Origin: an uncultured bacterium
GTDB lineage: Bacteria > Verrucomicrobiota > Kiritimatiellia > CAIKKV01 > CAITUY01
DNA: 64,000 nucleotides
Assembly: GCA_903958395.1 (NCBI GenBank)
Contig: CAJBSZ010000101.1
Coordinates: 3,894 to 67,893 of the forward strand
Direction: 5' to 3'
Below, one piece after another: positions 9,356-18,841 of the stretch (its first letter is position 1; every line of letters starts with the position of its first letter). The notes beneath the pieces were generated by a model. The model saw only the letters and a list, made by a program, of their open reading frames with translations, had not been told where the DNA came from and searched no databases. The translations under genes and the position numbers were made by a program.

Positions 9356-9750
9356 GGTGTTTCCTTTGTCAGCAGTGCATGGGCTACTGCGAAATTGTGT
9401 GTATGGGAGAGACTGATGAGAATACGGGTGACTCCCTGCCTGCCCGCCAGAAGCCGGCCGTGCTCGCTGAGGGAGATGGAGGGAGCGCCGGAATCCGGAT
9501 CTTTCACGACTTCCATGTCGAGCCAGCCAAGGTCGGGCCCGATACCGGTGCCAAAAGCCTTGGCGACCGCTTCCTTGACGGCAAACCGTCCGGCGTAATA
9601 GAGCCAGGGAGCGGCCTTTCCGTCACAGTACGCCTGCTCGGAGGGGAGAAAGACACGGGCTTTGAAACGATCACCCCACTTCTCAAGCAACACACGAATC
9701 CGTTCGTTTTCAACGAGATCCACGCCGGTTCCAATAACGCCATCACCCAT
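9352..9750 (-). CDS. acpS: Holo-[acyl-carrier-protein] synthase
   Basis: GTGVDLVE, AGRFAVKEAVAKA and ISLSH motifs. Confidence 0.95.
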   Translation of the reverse strand: MGDGVIGTGVDLVENERIRVLLEKWGDRFKARVFLPSEQAYCDGKAAPWLYYAGRFAVKEAVAKAFGTGIGPDLGWLDMEVVKDPDSGAPSISLSEHGRLLAGRQGVTRILISLSHTHNFAVAHALLTKETP

Positions 9751-10499
9751 TATGGTTTTCCTCCCCGATAGGCGCGCATGGCGTTCAACATTTCTCGCAC
9801 GGCCCGGTTCAGGCCCGTGAAGACGGCATTGCAGATGATACTGTGGCCGATATTGAGGGTATGCAAGTGCGGGATTTCAAGAATGTCCGCCGCGTTTTCA
9901 AGGTTGATACCATGGCCGGCGTTGACCGTGAGCCCCATGGAATGGGCGAGCCGCGCACCGGCACACAGGCGGGCGAGTTCCTTCCGGGCGGCCGTGCCCT
10001 TGAGATCGCAGAAGGTTCCGGTGTGAAGTTCAATGACAGGCGCCCCGAGACGTGCAGCCGCTTCAATTTGCCGGGGATGGGCTTCGATGAACAGGCTGAC
10101 TTCGATTCCGGCATCCTTCAGTTTTTTGATTGTGGGGCGCAGGCGGCGTTCCTGTCCCGCCGCATCCAAACCGCCTTCGGTGGTCAACTCCTGTCGTCGC
10201 TCAGGAACAAGGCAGACCTCGTCCGGCTTGACCTTCAGCGCCACGGCAAGGACGTCCGCGTTATTGGCCATTTCAAGGTTGAGCCTGGTCTTGATGGCCT
10301 TTCGCAAGGCATAGACATCACGATCCTGAATATGGCGGCGATCCTCACGGAGGTGCACGGTAATTCCCCCGGCGCCAGCGGCTTCACACACGCGGGCCGC
10401 CTGCACCATGTCGGGATAAACGGTGCCACGCACCTGCCGGAGCGTCGCCACATGATCAATGTTCACGCCCAGTCGAAGTCGATACGGTTTCATAGTCAT
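9750..10499 (-). CDS. pdxJ: Pyridoxine 5'-phosphate synthase
   Basis: LGVNIDHVATLRQ, HLREDRRHIQ, ELTTEGGLD, AGHG and LNIGH motifs. Confidence 0.96.
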   Translation of the reverse strand: MTMKPYRLRLGVNIDHVATLRQVRGTVYPDMVQAARVCEAAGAGGITVHLREDRRHIQDRDVYALRKAIKTRLNLEMANNADVLAVALKVKPDEVCLVPERRQELTTEGGLDAAGQERRLRPTIKKLKDAGIEVSLFIEAHPRQIEAAARLGAPVIELHTGTFCDLKGTAARKELARLCAGARLAHSMGLTVNAGHGINLENAADILEIPHLHTLNIGHSIICNAVFTGLNRAVREMLNAMRAYRGGKP

Positions 10500-11152
10500 T
10501 GGAATATCACCCTGCATTTCGGAAGTGCCTTTCGAATGCGTTGCTTTTCCGCATCCGGAATCGGATTGCCCATAAGATAAAGGGTTTTGAGGTTTTGTGC
10601 CAGTCCGTTGAGATCCGCCGGAAGGGCTGTCAGGCGGTTCTGGTTGAGGCGCAGCCAGGTCAGGTTGGATAACTGGCCCAGGGAATCGGGCAATGCCGTG
10701 AGCAGGTTGCGATCCAGATTAAGGTAGGCCAGTTTCGAGAGTTGGCCCAGTTCAGGTGGAAGTGAGGTGAGGCGGTTGTCGTTGAGCCAGAGCCGGGACA
10801 GGTTGGAAAGACGGCCTACCGCCGGAGTGAGGTTGGTCAGGCTGGATTCTCCGGCGTCCAGGCGGGACAGTTTTGACAGCACCCCGATTTCTTCCGGGAA
10901 GGCGCCGATTCGACACGTGCGCAGGGTGAGACTTTCCAGATTCCTCAGTTTCAGGATATCCCGGGGAAACGAGGGGAGACGACGGTAAAACAAATCCAAT
11001 TCACGGGTTTTGTCAGGTGCTTCCAGGGCTTCCTCCATCGTGGTGGCCCGCTGCGGATCCCGTGGTGGTGTGGCAGGTTTCGGGGAGCAGCCGGACAGCA
11101 AGGCGGCTTCACCCAGTACCAGGCAAAACAAAAGTATGGCATTGATCTTCAT
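10496..11152 (-). CDS. Leucine-rich-repeat lipoprotein
   Basis: Lipobox LLSGC; about six 23-aa repeats of LxxLxLxxNxLxxLPxxLGxL. Confidence 0.85.
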   Translation of the reverse strand: MKINAILLFCLVLGEAALLSGCSPKPATPPRDPQRATTMEEALEAPDKTRELDLFYRRLPSFPRDILKLRNLESLTLRTCRIGAFPEEIGVLSKLSRLDAGESSLTNLTPAVGRLSNLSRLWLNDNRLTSLPPELGQLSKLAYLNLDRNLLTALPDSLGQLSNLTWLRLNQNRLTALPADLNGLAQNLKTLYLMGNPIPDAEKQRIRKALPKCRVIFQ

Positions 11153-11156
11153 TCGG

Positions 11157-11900
11157 TCAGGGATGGTGCCGTGTGCGAGGGGGGGAAGTCAACTCTCCGC
11201 TCCAGATGGGAATGCAGGTTGACTCGTCGGTTTGGAGCAACAGTTCACCGTCCTCTCCGAATCCCGCCAGCACCCCGTTGCGTTCATGGTTGCCATCGCG
11301 GAGGCGAATGGGTTTGCCCAGGTTCGTGACCCGGGCTTCCCAGCTTTTCCGGATTCCGGGAAAGCCATGGTTTTCCCAGGCGGCGAGGTGCGGAACAAGC
11401 TTTTCCAGGAGACCCTGAAGGAGTGGCTCGCGATCATAATGCTTCCCTGATTCGAGTCGCATGGATGTCGCCGGCTGGTCAATGTGCCCCGTTGTGTCCA
11501 TGTTCACATTGAGGCCGATGCCGATGATGACGCCGCCTGAAACCGCTTCGGAAAGGATGCCGCAGATTTTCTTTCCATTCACCAAAACATCATTGGGCCA
11601 TTTAAGGGAGGCGTGAATTCCCCCGTTCTCCAGAAAGTCGGCTACTGCCACGGCGGCGGCCATGGAGACGGAGGGGAGACGGTGGAGGTCAGGCCCGGCC
11701 CTGAGGAACAGCGAGAAGGTCAGGTCTTCGTTCTTTCCTGAAATCCAGATGCGGTCAAGCCGTCCCCGCCCCCCGGTTTGTTCGCGGGCGGCAATGACGG
11801 TGCCCGATGGCAAATCGGGCGTCCTTTCCGCTAGTTCCTGAAGCGTGGTGTTTGTGGACGACAGACGATCGTGCCAGATGATGTTGAATGGGAGTTTCAT
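11157..11900 (-). CDS. birA: Biotin--[acetyl-CoA-carboxylase] ligase (no HTH domain)
   Basis: SSTN, QTGGRGR, KWPND and KICGIL motifs. Confidence 0.95.
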   Translation of the reverse strand: MKLPFNIIWHDRLSSTNTTLQELAERTPDLPSGTVIAAREQTGGRGRLDRIWISGKNEDLTFSLFLRAGPDLHRLPSVSMAAAVAVADFLENGGIHASLKWPNDVLVNGKKICGILSEAVSGGVIIGIGLNVNMDTTGHIDQPATSMRLESGKHYDREPLLQGLLEKLVPHLAAWENHGFPGIRKSWEARVTNLGKPIRLRDGNHERNGVLAGFGEDGELLLQTDESTCIPIWSGELTSPPRTRHHP

Positions 11901-11959
11901 ATCGACAAGGGCGTTTTTACTCGATTACGGGGTTTGGATCACCTATTAATTCACAGATT

Positions 11960-12517
11960 ATGTCGTTGCTTCAAATCATCCTGATTGCGTTTGCGCTGGC
12001 TCTGGATGCGTTTGCCGTATCCGTGGCGGCGGGCTTTTCCATTCCCAAGGTTCGCGTCCGGCATGCCTTGACCTATGGCGCCTGGTTTGGCGGGTTTCAG
12101 GCGATCATGCCGCTGGCAGGCTGGTTCGGCGGCCGGACGCTGGCGGTGTATATCAGCGAAGTGGACCATTGGATCGCCTTCGGACTTCTAACGCTGGTTG
12201 GCGGGAAGATGATCTATGAATCGTTCCGGATTGAAGAACAGGAAAAGCCGAAGGATCCTTTGGCCGTAAAGATGCTCTTCATGTTGGCGGTCGCCACCAG
12301 CATCGATGCGTTTGCTGTCGGGCTCAGTTTTGCGTTGCTGAATGTGACGGTGCTTCTGCCCATCTTGATTATCGGCGTGGTGACATTCGGACTGTCTTAT
12401 GCCGGGGTATACCTGGGGGCAAAAGGAAGCCATTTCTTCGAGCGCAAGATCGAGGTGGTTGGCGGATTGATCCTGATTGCAATCGGGATCAAGATTCTCT
12501 GGAGCCATCTGGCCTGA
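11960..12517 (+). CDS. mntP: Manganese efflux pump MntP family
   Basis: ALALDAFAVS and ATSIDAFAVG repeats; six predicted TM segments. Confidence 0.9.
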   Translation: MSLLQIILIAFALALDAFAVSVAAGFSIPKVRVRHALTYGAWFGGFQAIMPLAGWFGGRTLAVYISEVDHWIAFGLLTLVGGKMIYESFRIEEQEKPKDPLAVKMLFMLAVATSIDAFAVGLSFALLNVTVLLPILIIGVVTFGLSYAGVYLGAKGSHFFERKIEVVGGLILIAIGIKILWSHLA

Positions 12518-12542
12518 TCCTGGCCGTAACGATGGGGTGGAA

Positions 12543-13382
12543 TTACCGTAGGCCAAGGCGTTTTAACCAGCTGATAAAATCCCGCGGAAGCGGAGCTTCA
12601 GTCCGGATTTTCTGGCCGCTGATGGGTGACGTGAAGGTCAAGCTGGCGGCGTGGAGCATCTGCCGCTCAATAGTCCTGAATTCCTCGGGAATGGCGCCCC
12701 TGCTGGCGTAGGTTCGGTCGCCCAGGACGGGATGCCCGATGTAGGCGAGATGTTTCCGGATCTGATGGGTGCGGCCGGTTTCGATTTTTACCTTAAGGTG
12801 GCTGACGCCGGGGTTGCTGGCGACACAATGAAGATGGGTTATCGCGGGCTCGCCTTCCAGTGCGTATTCAATCTGGCGTTCACGTTCCTTGATCTGGCCG
12901 GCCGCCAGGGCATGGTATACCTTTGAAATCTTCTGTCCCTTGAACAACTCCACCGCCTTGTCAAAGGCATCCTTTGACCGGGCAATCAGAATGCAACCGG
13001 AAGTGTCGCGATCCAACCGGTGGACGGCCTGGAGATTGGGCTGATTCAACATCGCGCGAAGATCCGCTTCAAGACTGTCGGGCCCGTTGGAGAGCCGCCC
13101 GGGGGCCTTGTTGACCACCAGGTAGTCGTTGTCCTGAAACAAGATGATCGGGGTAGGGGGAGTTTTCCGTTTGGAGGGGACTCCCGGCACGATGACTTCC
13201 ACGACATCTCCCCTTGCCAGCGTATGCTTGGTCATCCAGATCCGGCGTCCATTCACGAAGGCCATTCTCTGGTCGAGGATGTCCTTGGCCTTATTCCGGG
13301 AAAGGTTGAGTTGGCGTGCCAGAAAATCCTGAAGAGGCATTCCCGCCTGCTCCGGTCTGACCTGATGTCGTTGTGGTTGCAT
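12543..13382 (-). CDS. RluA/RluD-family pseudouridine synthase with S4 domain
   Basis: S4-like N-terminus; HRLDRDTSG, TGRTHQIRKH and RQMLHA motifs. Confidence 0.92.
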   Translation of the reverse strand: MQPQRHQVRPEQAGMPLQDFLARQLNLSRNKAKDILDQRMAFVNGRRIWMTKHTLARGDVVEVIVPGVPSKRKTPPTPIILFQDNDYLVVNKAPGRLSNGPDSLEADLRAMLNQPNLQAVHRLDRDTSGCILIARSKDAFDKAVELFKGQKISKVYHALAAGQIKERERQIEYALEGEPAITHLHCVASNPGVSHLKVKIETGRTHQIRKHLAYIGHPVLGDRTYASRGAIPEEFRTIERQMLHAASLTFTSPISGQKIRTEAPLPRDFISWLKRLGLR

Positions 13383-13506
13383 GCGGGGAATTATGGAGTG
13401 GTGAAAGGCGGGTGTCGAGTATCGAGTGTCGAGACGCAAAGAAACTTGATTGAAGCCGTGGGAATTATACACTGCCTTAAGTCAACAATCGAAATGGGAG
13501 GATTTT

Positions 13507-14247
13507 ATGCGCGGGATCAATATCTGGAGCCGGATGGTTTTGGTGGGCGTTGTCGGGGCACTTTGTTTGGCGGGCGGTTTTTCGGCGTGGGCCGGGGGGA
13601 ATGAGCGGATTGCCATCTTGCTGGATTCCGGGAGCAATGACCGGGAAAATCGCCAGATTGCTTCACGAATGGAACGGGATTTGAAGAATGTGCTCGATAA
13701 ACGGGGGAATTATGATTCCCGGATTCTTCGTTCCCGCGATGAATTCAAGCCCGGGGTGGGCGAATACCTGCTCTCCGTGCGGATCGTCCGGTACAACTCG
13801 GGCAGTAAGGCCGCCCGCATCATTGTCGGGTTCGGCGCGGGTGCCTGCTCGCTGGACATTCATTATGAATTGTTCGGGCCAAACGAAAACATGCTGCTGT
13901 CCAAGGATGACGGGTGTGGGTCCAGTCTCGACTGGCAGCGGCTGGCCCGAAAGTTGAATGAGAACATGCTGGCGGCCATTCAGGCACGCCTGCGGGCAGG
14001 TAACTTGGATGCCACGGTCGCCCCGGCGCCGATGGCGCCGGTCGCGCCGGTTCAGGCGGTGGCTCCGGTTGTCGCCCCGGTTTCAGCTCCTGTGGTGACG
14101 CCAACACCGGCTCCTGTATCCGCCCCGGCCGCTGTCGCCGGTGATTCCGTGGAGCAGCTTCGTCAATTGGACGCCATGAAGAAACAGCGTCTGATTTCCG
14201 AGAGCGAGTACAAGCAGAAGCGCAAGCAGATCCTTGACAGGCTGTAG
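13507..14247 (+). CDS. Exported DUF4410-like protein with Ala/Pro/Val linker and C-terminal SHOCT domain
   Basis: Signal peptide; SKAARIIVGFGAG; AP-rich linker; LISESEYKQKRKQIL SHOCT-like end. Confidence 0.7.
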   Translation: MRGINIWSRMVLVGVVGALCLAGGFSAWAGGNERIAILLDSGSNDRENRQIASRMERDLKNVLDKRGNYDSRILRSRDEFKPGVGEYLLSVRIVRYNSGSKAARIIVGFGAGACSLDIHYELFGPNENMLLSKDDGCGSSLDWQRLARKLNENMLAAIQARLRAGNLDATVAPAPMAPVAPVQAVAPVVAPVSAPVVTPTPAPVSAPAAVAGDSVEQLRQLDAMKKQRLISESEYKQKRKQILDRL

Positions 14248-14270
14248 GGGCCGACGCTACTGAAAAATCC

Positions 14271-14936
14271 ATGAAATCATCCCGGAATGGAAAATTCGGC
14301 ATATTTGTCACGGGTACCGATACGGGCGTTGGGAAGACGGTGGTCGTGGCCAGTCTGTTGTCGCGTTTCAGGGCGGGTGGGGTGGATGCGGTTCCCATGA
14401 AACCGGTGCAGACGGGATGCAGGCTGGTTCAGGGGCGACCGGTGGCGCCTGATCTTGCCTTCTGCTTGAAAGCCGTCCGACTTAACCCGGGCAGGCGCGA
14501 TAGGGCCGACATGGCTCCCTATTGTTTCGCTCCGGCTTGTTCGCCCCACCTGGCGGCAAAGGAGGCAGGTGTACGCATCTCCCTACCGGTCATCGAGCGT
14601 GCGTTCCGTCGATTGAGCCGGGCTCATGAAGTGGTGGTCGTGGAGGGAGCCGGAGGTGTTCTCGTGCCGGTGAATGACCGGCAAACCATGCTGGATCTGA
14701 TGATCCGGTTGCGACTTCCCGTACTTCTGGTGGCCCGGCCTGGGGTGGGAACCCTTAATCACACCCTGCTTTCCCTGCATGCGCTTCATGGAGCCGGGCT
14801 CACGGTGATGGGCGTGATTTTGAATCAGGCGACGCCCGGTCGATGGGGGCGGATTGAAGAGGATAACGTCCGTACGATAGAGCGTCTTGGCGGAGTGAAG
14901 GTGCTGGCGTGCGTGCGGTACGGGGAAACGGTTTAG
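14271..14936 (+). CDS. bioD: Dethiobiotin synthase
   Basis: VTGTDTGVGKT, KPVQTG, VEGAGG and GTLNHT motifs. Confidence 0.95.
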   Translation: MKSSRNGKFGIFVTGTDTGVGKTVVVASLLSRFRAGGVDAVPMKPVQTGCRLVQGRPVAPDLAFCLKAVRLNPGRRDRADMAPYCFAPACSPHLAAKEAGVRISLPVIERAFRRLSRAHEVVVVEGAGGVLVPVNDRQTMLDLMIRLRLPVLLVARPGVGTLNHTLLSLHALHGAGLTVMGVILNQATPGRWGRIEEDNVRTIERLGGVKVLACVRYGETV

Positions 14937-16060
14937 TTCGTTTCCGCCGCCTGTTCCACCCGGGTTCCCGGCGGGATCTGAATGGTTGCCTCGCCATCCA
15001 GTTCAGAGAAATGTCCCTTTGGCTTGCAATTGAAATTCAGCACCCAGACTTCGTTCGTCTTGACCCATAAGGCGGAATGCCGGATGCGGCTCCAGGGCCA
15101 GCCGAATCCCTGGGCTTCACCGGTGATGAGTATCCGGTCGCTGAGGTCGGGGTTGGCCTTCAGGGCGATTCGGCATTTTTTGACATCAAGCCGGAGCGAC
15201 GGCGCACCGTTGGGGCTCTGCATGTCATACTTGATTTCCACAAAGGCGGGGGTTCCGAACAGGATGGCCGCAAGCATGGCAATCGCGAGAGGGGGAGCGA
15301 TCCAGACCAGCCAGCGGGATTTCAGGATGGCATGTCCCCTGCCTTGCTCCGGGGTGTCTTCCGTTTGAGGAATCCGAAGAACAAAATAATACAGTCCCCA
15401 GGCGATCACGCAGGGAAAGACCGCCGACCACACCACATCGGAGGCAAAATGGGCGCCAGCCGCCATCCGGGCCACCCCGATGAGGGTTCCATACAGGGCG
15501 GTTCCTGCAAAGGCGGCCACCGCAAGACGCTTATGGTTCCGTCGGGCAAGAAAGTAGAAGGCGATGAAGTAATAGCCCATGGAACTGTGGCCGCAGGGGA
15601 ATGATTTTCCGCGTCCTCCGGTTCCTTTTTCATAAAAACACTGATAGGTCATGGTGCCGCCAAGCTCCGTGACCTGTCTCGGACGGGGGCGCCCCCAATG
15701 ATCCTTGAAGATCGTGTTCACGAAGAGGCCGGGCCCCAGGGCCATGGTGAGAAATGCCAGGGCGGCATGCTTGCGCCATCGGGCGAGCGACGGCTTAGTG
15801 AGCGCCGCCACCAGGATCCCCAGTGATGTCAACGCCGTCAGGAGGGCGGGCCAGGGGCCGAACGTATAGAGAAACCGCCAGAAGGCATCGAATTCGTGAG
15901 GCCAGGGTCGTTCTGCGCCCGGGTGATAAAATAGCGATAGGAGTTTAATGTCCAGTGCCGGAGTGAGGAATGGAACCGTGGCGACTCCAGCCAGGAGACC
16001 AATCCAGAGCAGGTCCGCAAGCCAGGGTGATCGGAGGATTGGATCGGATGAGTTAGTCAC
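14933..16060 (-). CDS. PAP2-family membrane phosphatase with extra C-terminal domain
   Basis: KDHWGRPRP, SFPCGH and RMAAGAHFASDV catalytic motifs. Confidence 0.88.
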   Translation of the reverse strand: MTNSSDPILRSPWLADLLWIGLLAGVATVPFLTPALDIKLLSLFYHPGAERPWPHEFDAFWRFLYTFGPWPALLTALTSLGILVAALTKPSLARWRKHAALAFLTMALGPGLFVNTIFKDHWGRPRPRQVTELGGTMTYQCFYEKGTGGRGKSFPCGHSSMGYYFIAFYFLARRNHKRLAVAAFAGTALYGTLIGVARMAAGAHFASDVVWSAVFPCVIAWGLYYFVLRIPQTEDTPEQGRGHAILKSRWLVWIAPPLAIAMLAAILFGTPAFVEIKYDMQSPNGAPSLRLDVKKCRIALKANPDLSDRILITGEAQGFGWPWSRIRHSALWVKTNEVWVLNFNCKPKGHFSELDGEATIQIPPGTRVEQAAETN

Positions 16061-17183
16061 AACGTTTGATCAGGATAAGCCCGAGCCCGATTGACACGAC
16101 CGCCGGAATCCAGACGATCAAATGGGGCTGGGTCCAGGGATGTTTAATGAGGGTTTCCGCCACAATGATGAAAAGGTAGAAGAGGAAGATCAGGCCGAGA
16201 CTGATTCCGATTCCCACGGTGGTTTCCTGCCGGTGGGTTTTTGTGGCCAGTGGGGCGCCGAGCAGAACGAACGCAAAGCAGGCTACCGCCAGCACGATGC
16301 GCTTGTGAAATTCGACCCGCAGCGACATATCCTGCCGTTCGAGAGCCGCTGCATCAAGTTCCGGATAAATCTTTTTGATCCCGTTCCGGGCGTCCATGAT
16401 TTCAAGCAGAGTCATATCACTTTTTTTCTTCACCCCGCCGGCGGGCTCGGCACCGGTGAGACGGCTCAGGTCAATCACGTAGGGGAAATGGCTTGCGGTT
16501 CCCGGTCCGGGGCGATCCTCGTAAAAGGGGTCGATGCGAACCTCATAAAGGTCAACCAGCAGGCCTGTTTTATCAGCGGTCGGGGAGATGGTTCCGCGCT
16601 GGGCCCGGATGGTTCGTGGCGCGGACCCTCTCTGGTTCTGATAGATGATCACATCCTCGACGTTCTGGCCGCGCTTGGAGCCGACGTAAAAGGTGATGCC
16701 TGGAAAATCACGGATGGGGCGGCCCTCCTCAATCAATTGCAGGGGGGATTCAATCCCGAGCTGGCGCAGGGCGTCCCGCCGGGCGTGGTAGCTGATGGGA
16801 ATCAGCTCGGCGTTCAAATAGAGGCAGACGGAGGCCATCAGGAGTGCAAAGAGGATGGGAGCAGCCATGATTTGAAGCATGCGAATGCCGCTTCCCTTCA
16901 TGGCGGTGATTTCACCGTTGGCGGAAAGTTTTCCAAAGGTCAGGAGCGCCGCCGTGATGATGCTGACGGGGATGGAGAAGCCGAAGGCGGAGGGCAGCCC
17001 GGCCAGGAATATTTTGGTGATCAACGCCAGGGATCCGCCTGCGGCAATGGCGTCGGTGATCCGGAAAAGCACCATCACGCACATGACAAAGGTCAGCACA
17101 AACAGGGTCATCCCGAAGGTAACCAGATAACTGTCCCTGACATATCGTGAAACAATGCGCACTACCGTTCTCCCGAAAAACAA
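16053..17183 (-). CDS. lptF: LPS export permease (LptF/LptG family)
   Basis: GKLSANGEITAMKGSGI motif; 3+3 TM layout with a periplasmic domain; start codon uncertain. Confidence 0.85.
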   Translation of the reverse strand: MFFGRTVVRIVSRYVRDSYLVTFGMTLFVLTFVMCVMVLFRITDAIAAGGSLALITKIFLAGLPSAFGFSIPVSIITAALLTFGKLSANGEITAMKGSGIRMLQIMAAPILFALLMASVCLYLNAELIPISYHARRDALRQLGIESPLQLIEEGRPIRDFPGITFYVGSKRGQNVEDVIIYQNQRGSAPRTIRAQRGTISPTADKTGLLVDLYEVRIDPFYEDRPGPGTASHFPYVIDLSRLTGAEPAGGVKKKSDMTLLEIMDARNGIKKIYPELDAAALERQDMSLRVEFHKRIVLAVACFAFVLLGAPLATKTHRQETTVGIGISLGLIFLFYLFIIVAETLIKHPWTQPHLIVWIPAVVSIGLGLILIKRCD

Positions 17184-17231
17184 GTCCCGTTCTTATACTG
17201 GGCAGGGGGGGGAATGGCAAGGAGAGAAGCG

Positions 17232-18815
17232 TCACTTCATGTGCGGTTCGTGGCAGGGGCCGCGGTATTCGTAAGCCTGGTAGACTCGGCCGTAGAAGCG
17301 GGTTCGTTCGATGACTTGGAAATAGAGCGCCCGCTCCCACGTCCACTGTTCATGGTCGAATAAAATGGCCGGCCGGCCGATCAAGGCGGGATCAGCCAGA
17401 TTCGTGTCGGTAAAATAATCATAGGAGGATTCCCGGCCCCCGCGATAACTGTCGGCACAATACACGACGGGGTGGCCTTTCATGTAGAAGGCCAGGAGGG
17501 CGGCCCGCCCGTAGGTCGAAGCCACATAAAAAGGGGTTTTCCCTGTTTCGCGCGCCATTTCACCCGACGCTTCCTCCACGCTGCGGGCAAAACGGGGAAA
17601 CCCGCTGACCCGCATGAGTGCCCGTTCCGTGTTAATGGGTTTCCCGCTGATCTTGATTTTTCCAATTGCCCGGAGGGGGTAGGGAGCGAAGGAAATCAGG
17701 ATGATCAAGGCCAGTCCCAGCCCCACCGTCCATCGCCACAGAATCCGGGAAGTGCGGTCGGACTCCAGTCGTTCAGCCAGGAAGCAGGCGATTGGAACGA
17801 GAAGGCCGATAAACGCGGCGGTGGGCCAGTTCAGTTTTATATCGGTTCGGAAGGACACCAACTGGTAGAAGAAAAATGCAGGGGCTCCAATGTGGATGGC
17901 GAAGGACACAATTTTACGGAGCGGGGACGTCTGGTCCCTGTCAGTTTCTGGAGGGTAGTATGCGGCTCGAACGGTCCGGATCAGGAGCAGGGCGGCGGGG
18001 GGGGCCAGCAGAGCAAAAGCATAGAAAGGGTAACTGACTGTCCAGAGAGGATTGTAGCGCCAGTCGGCCGCCGGGGCGACATCGCCGCCCGGCAGGCGCA
18101 TGGCGCCGATGAGGTGGCTGATAGTGGGCCACCCGTGTTGCTGATTCCAAATGGCAATGGGCATGGCAAAGAGAATTACCCCCGCGAGCATGGCCAGTGA
18201 TCCGGCGATCCGGTGGGCGCGTGAGATCTGCCCGTGTCGGAACAGGAACACGAGGAGCCCGGGGAGAATGAGTAAGACGGTATATTTACACAGCATTCCC
18301 AGACCGATGAAGGCGCCGAGAAGAAAGAACCATCCCGGGGTGGTCCGGTGGTTACAGGCCATGATCCAGCCGGTGAAGGCGACGGCCAGCCAGCAGGCAT
18401 AATAGGGGCCATCAGTGGTCATGAACTGGCTTGTGCCATGGAACACGGGGAGCAGGCAGAAGAGAAGCATCGCCAGCCAGCCGGCACGCCGGTTCCCGCC
18501 TGACGCATGGGTCGCGAAGGCGGCCAGGATCAGCATGGAAGAAAACGCGGCGAGGGCTGCAGGCAGGCGCACAGCCCATTCGGTGATGCCAAAGACATGA
18601 ACCGCCGGAGCGATCAGCCAGGCGATGGCCGGGCCTTTGCTGTAGTACGACCAATCGAGGCGGCGCGACCAGTCCCAGTATTGCGCCTCGTCGGCGACCA
18701 GCTCGAAGGGACACAGCCAGACCAGATAGGCGATTCTCATGAGCAGGACGAGACCGGCGAAAAGAATCAGGCGGATCCATGACGGTTGCGTGATCGGGTT
18801 GTTCAGTGTTTTCAC
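17232..18815 (-). CDS. ArnT-like polyprenyl-phosphate-sugar glycosyltransferase (GT-C)
   Basis: DEAQYWDWSRRLDWSYYSKGP, AVRLPA and GLGMLCKYT motifs; multi-TM; GTG 18815 chosen as start. Confidence 0.85.
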   Translation of the reverse strand: MKTLNNPITQPSWIRLILFAGLVLLMRIAYLVWLCPFELVADEAQYWDWSRRLDWSYYSKGPAIAWLIAPAVHVFGITEWAVRLPAALAAFSSMLILAAFATHASGGNRRAGWLAMLLFCLLPVFHGTSQFMTTDGPYYACWLAVAFTGWIMACNHRTTPGWFFLLGAFIGLGMLCKYTVLLILPGLLVFLFRHGQISRAHRIAGSLAMLAGVILFAMPIAIWNQQHGWPTISHLIGAMRLPGGDVAPAADWRYNPLWTVSYPFYAFALLAPPAALLLIRTVRAAYYPPETDRDQTSPLRKIVSFAIHIGAPAFFFYQLVSFRTDIKLNWPTAAFIGLLVPIACFLAERLESDRTSRILWRWTVGLGLALIILISFAPYPLRAIGKIKISGKPINTERALMRVSGFPRFARSVEEASGEMARETGKTPFYVASTYGRAALLAFYMKGHPVVYCADSYRGGRESSYDYFTDTNLADPALIGRPAILFDHEQWTWERALYFQVIERTRFYGRVYQAYEYRGPCHEPHMK

Positions 18816-18841
18816 TTTAGGACTGTTTTTGCGGTGCCGGT

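Noticed and set aside
11901..11959. yybP-ykoY Mn riboswitch upstream of mntP
   Set aside because: The divergent intergenic gap is only 59 bp and shows no aptamer-like structure
14010..14140. Repeat-like GCC/CCG/GT tract as a possible CRISPR or tandem repeat (also 58500-58660)
   Set aside because: Explained by Ala/Pro/Val-rich protein linkers; no constant repeat-spacer structure
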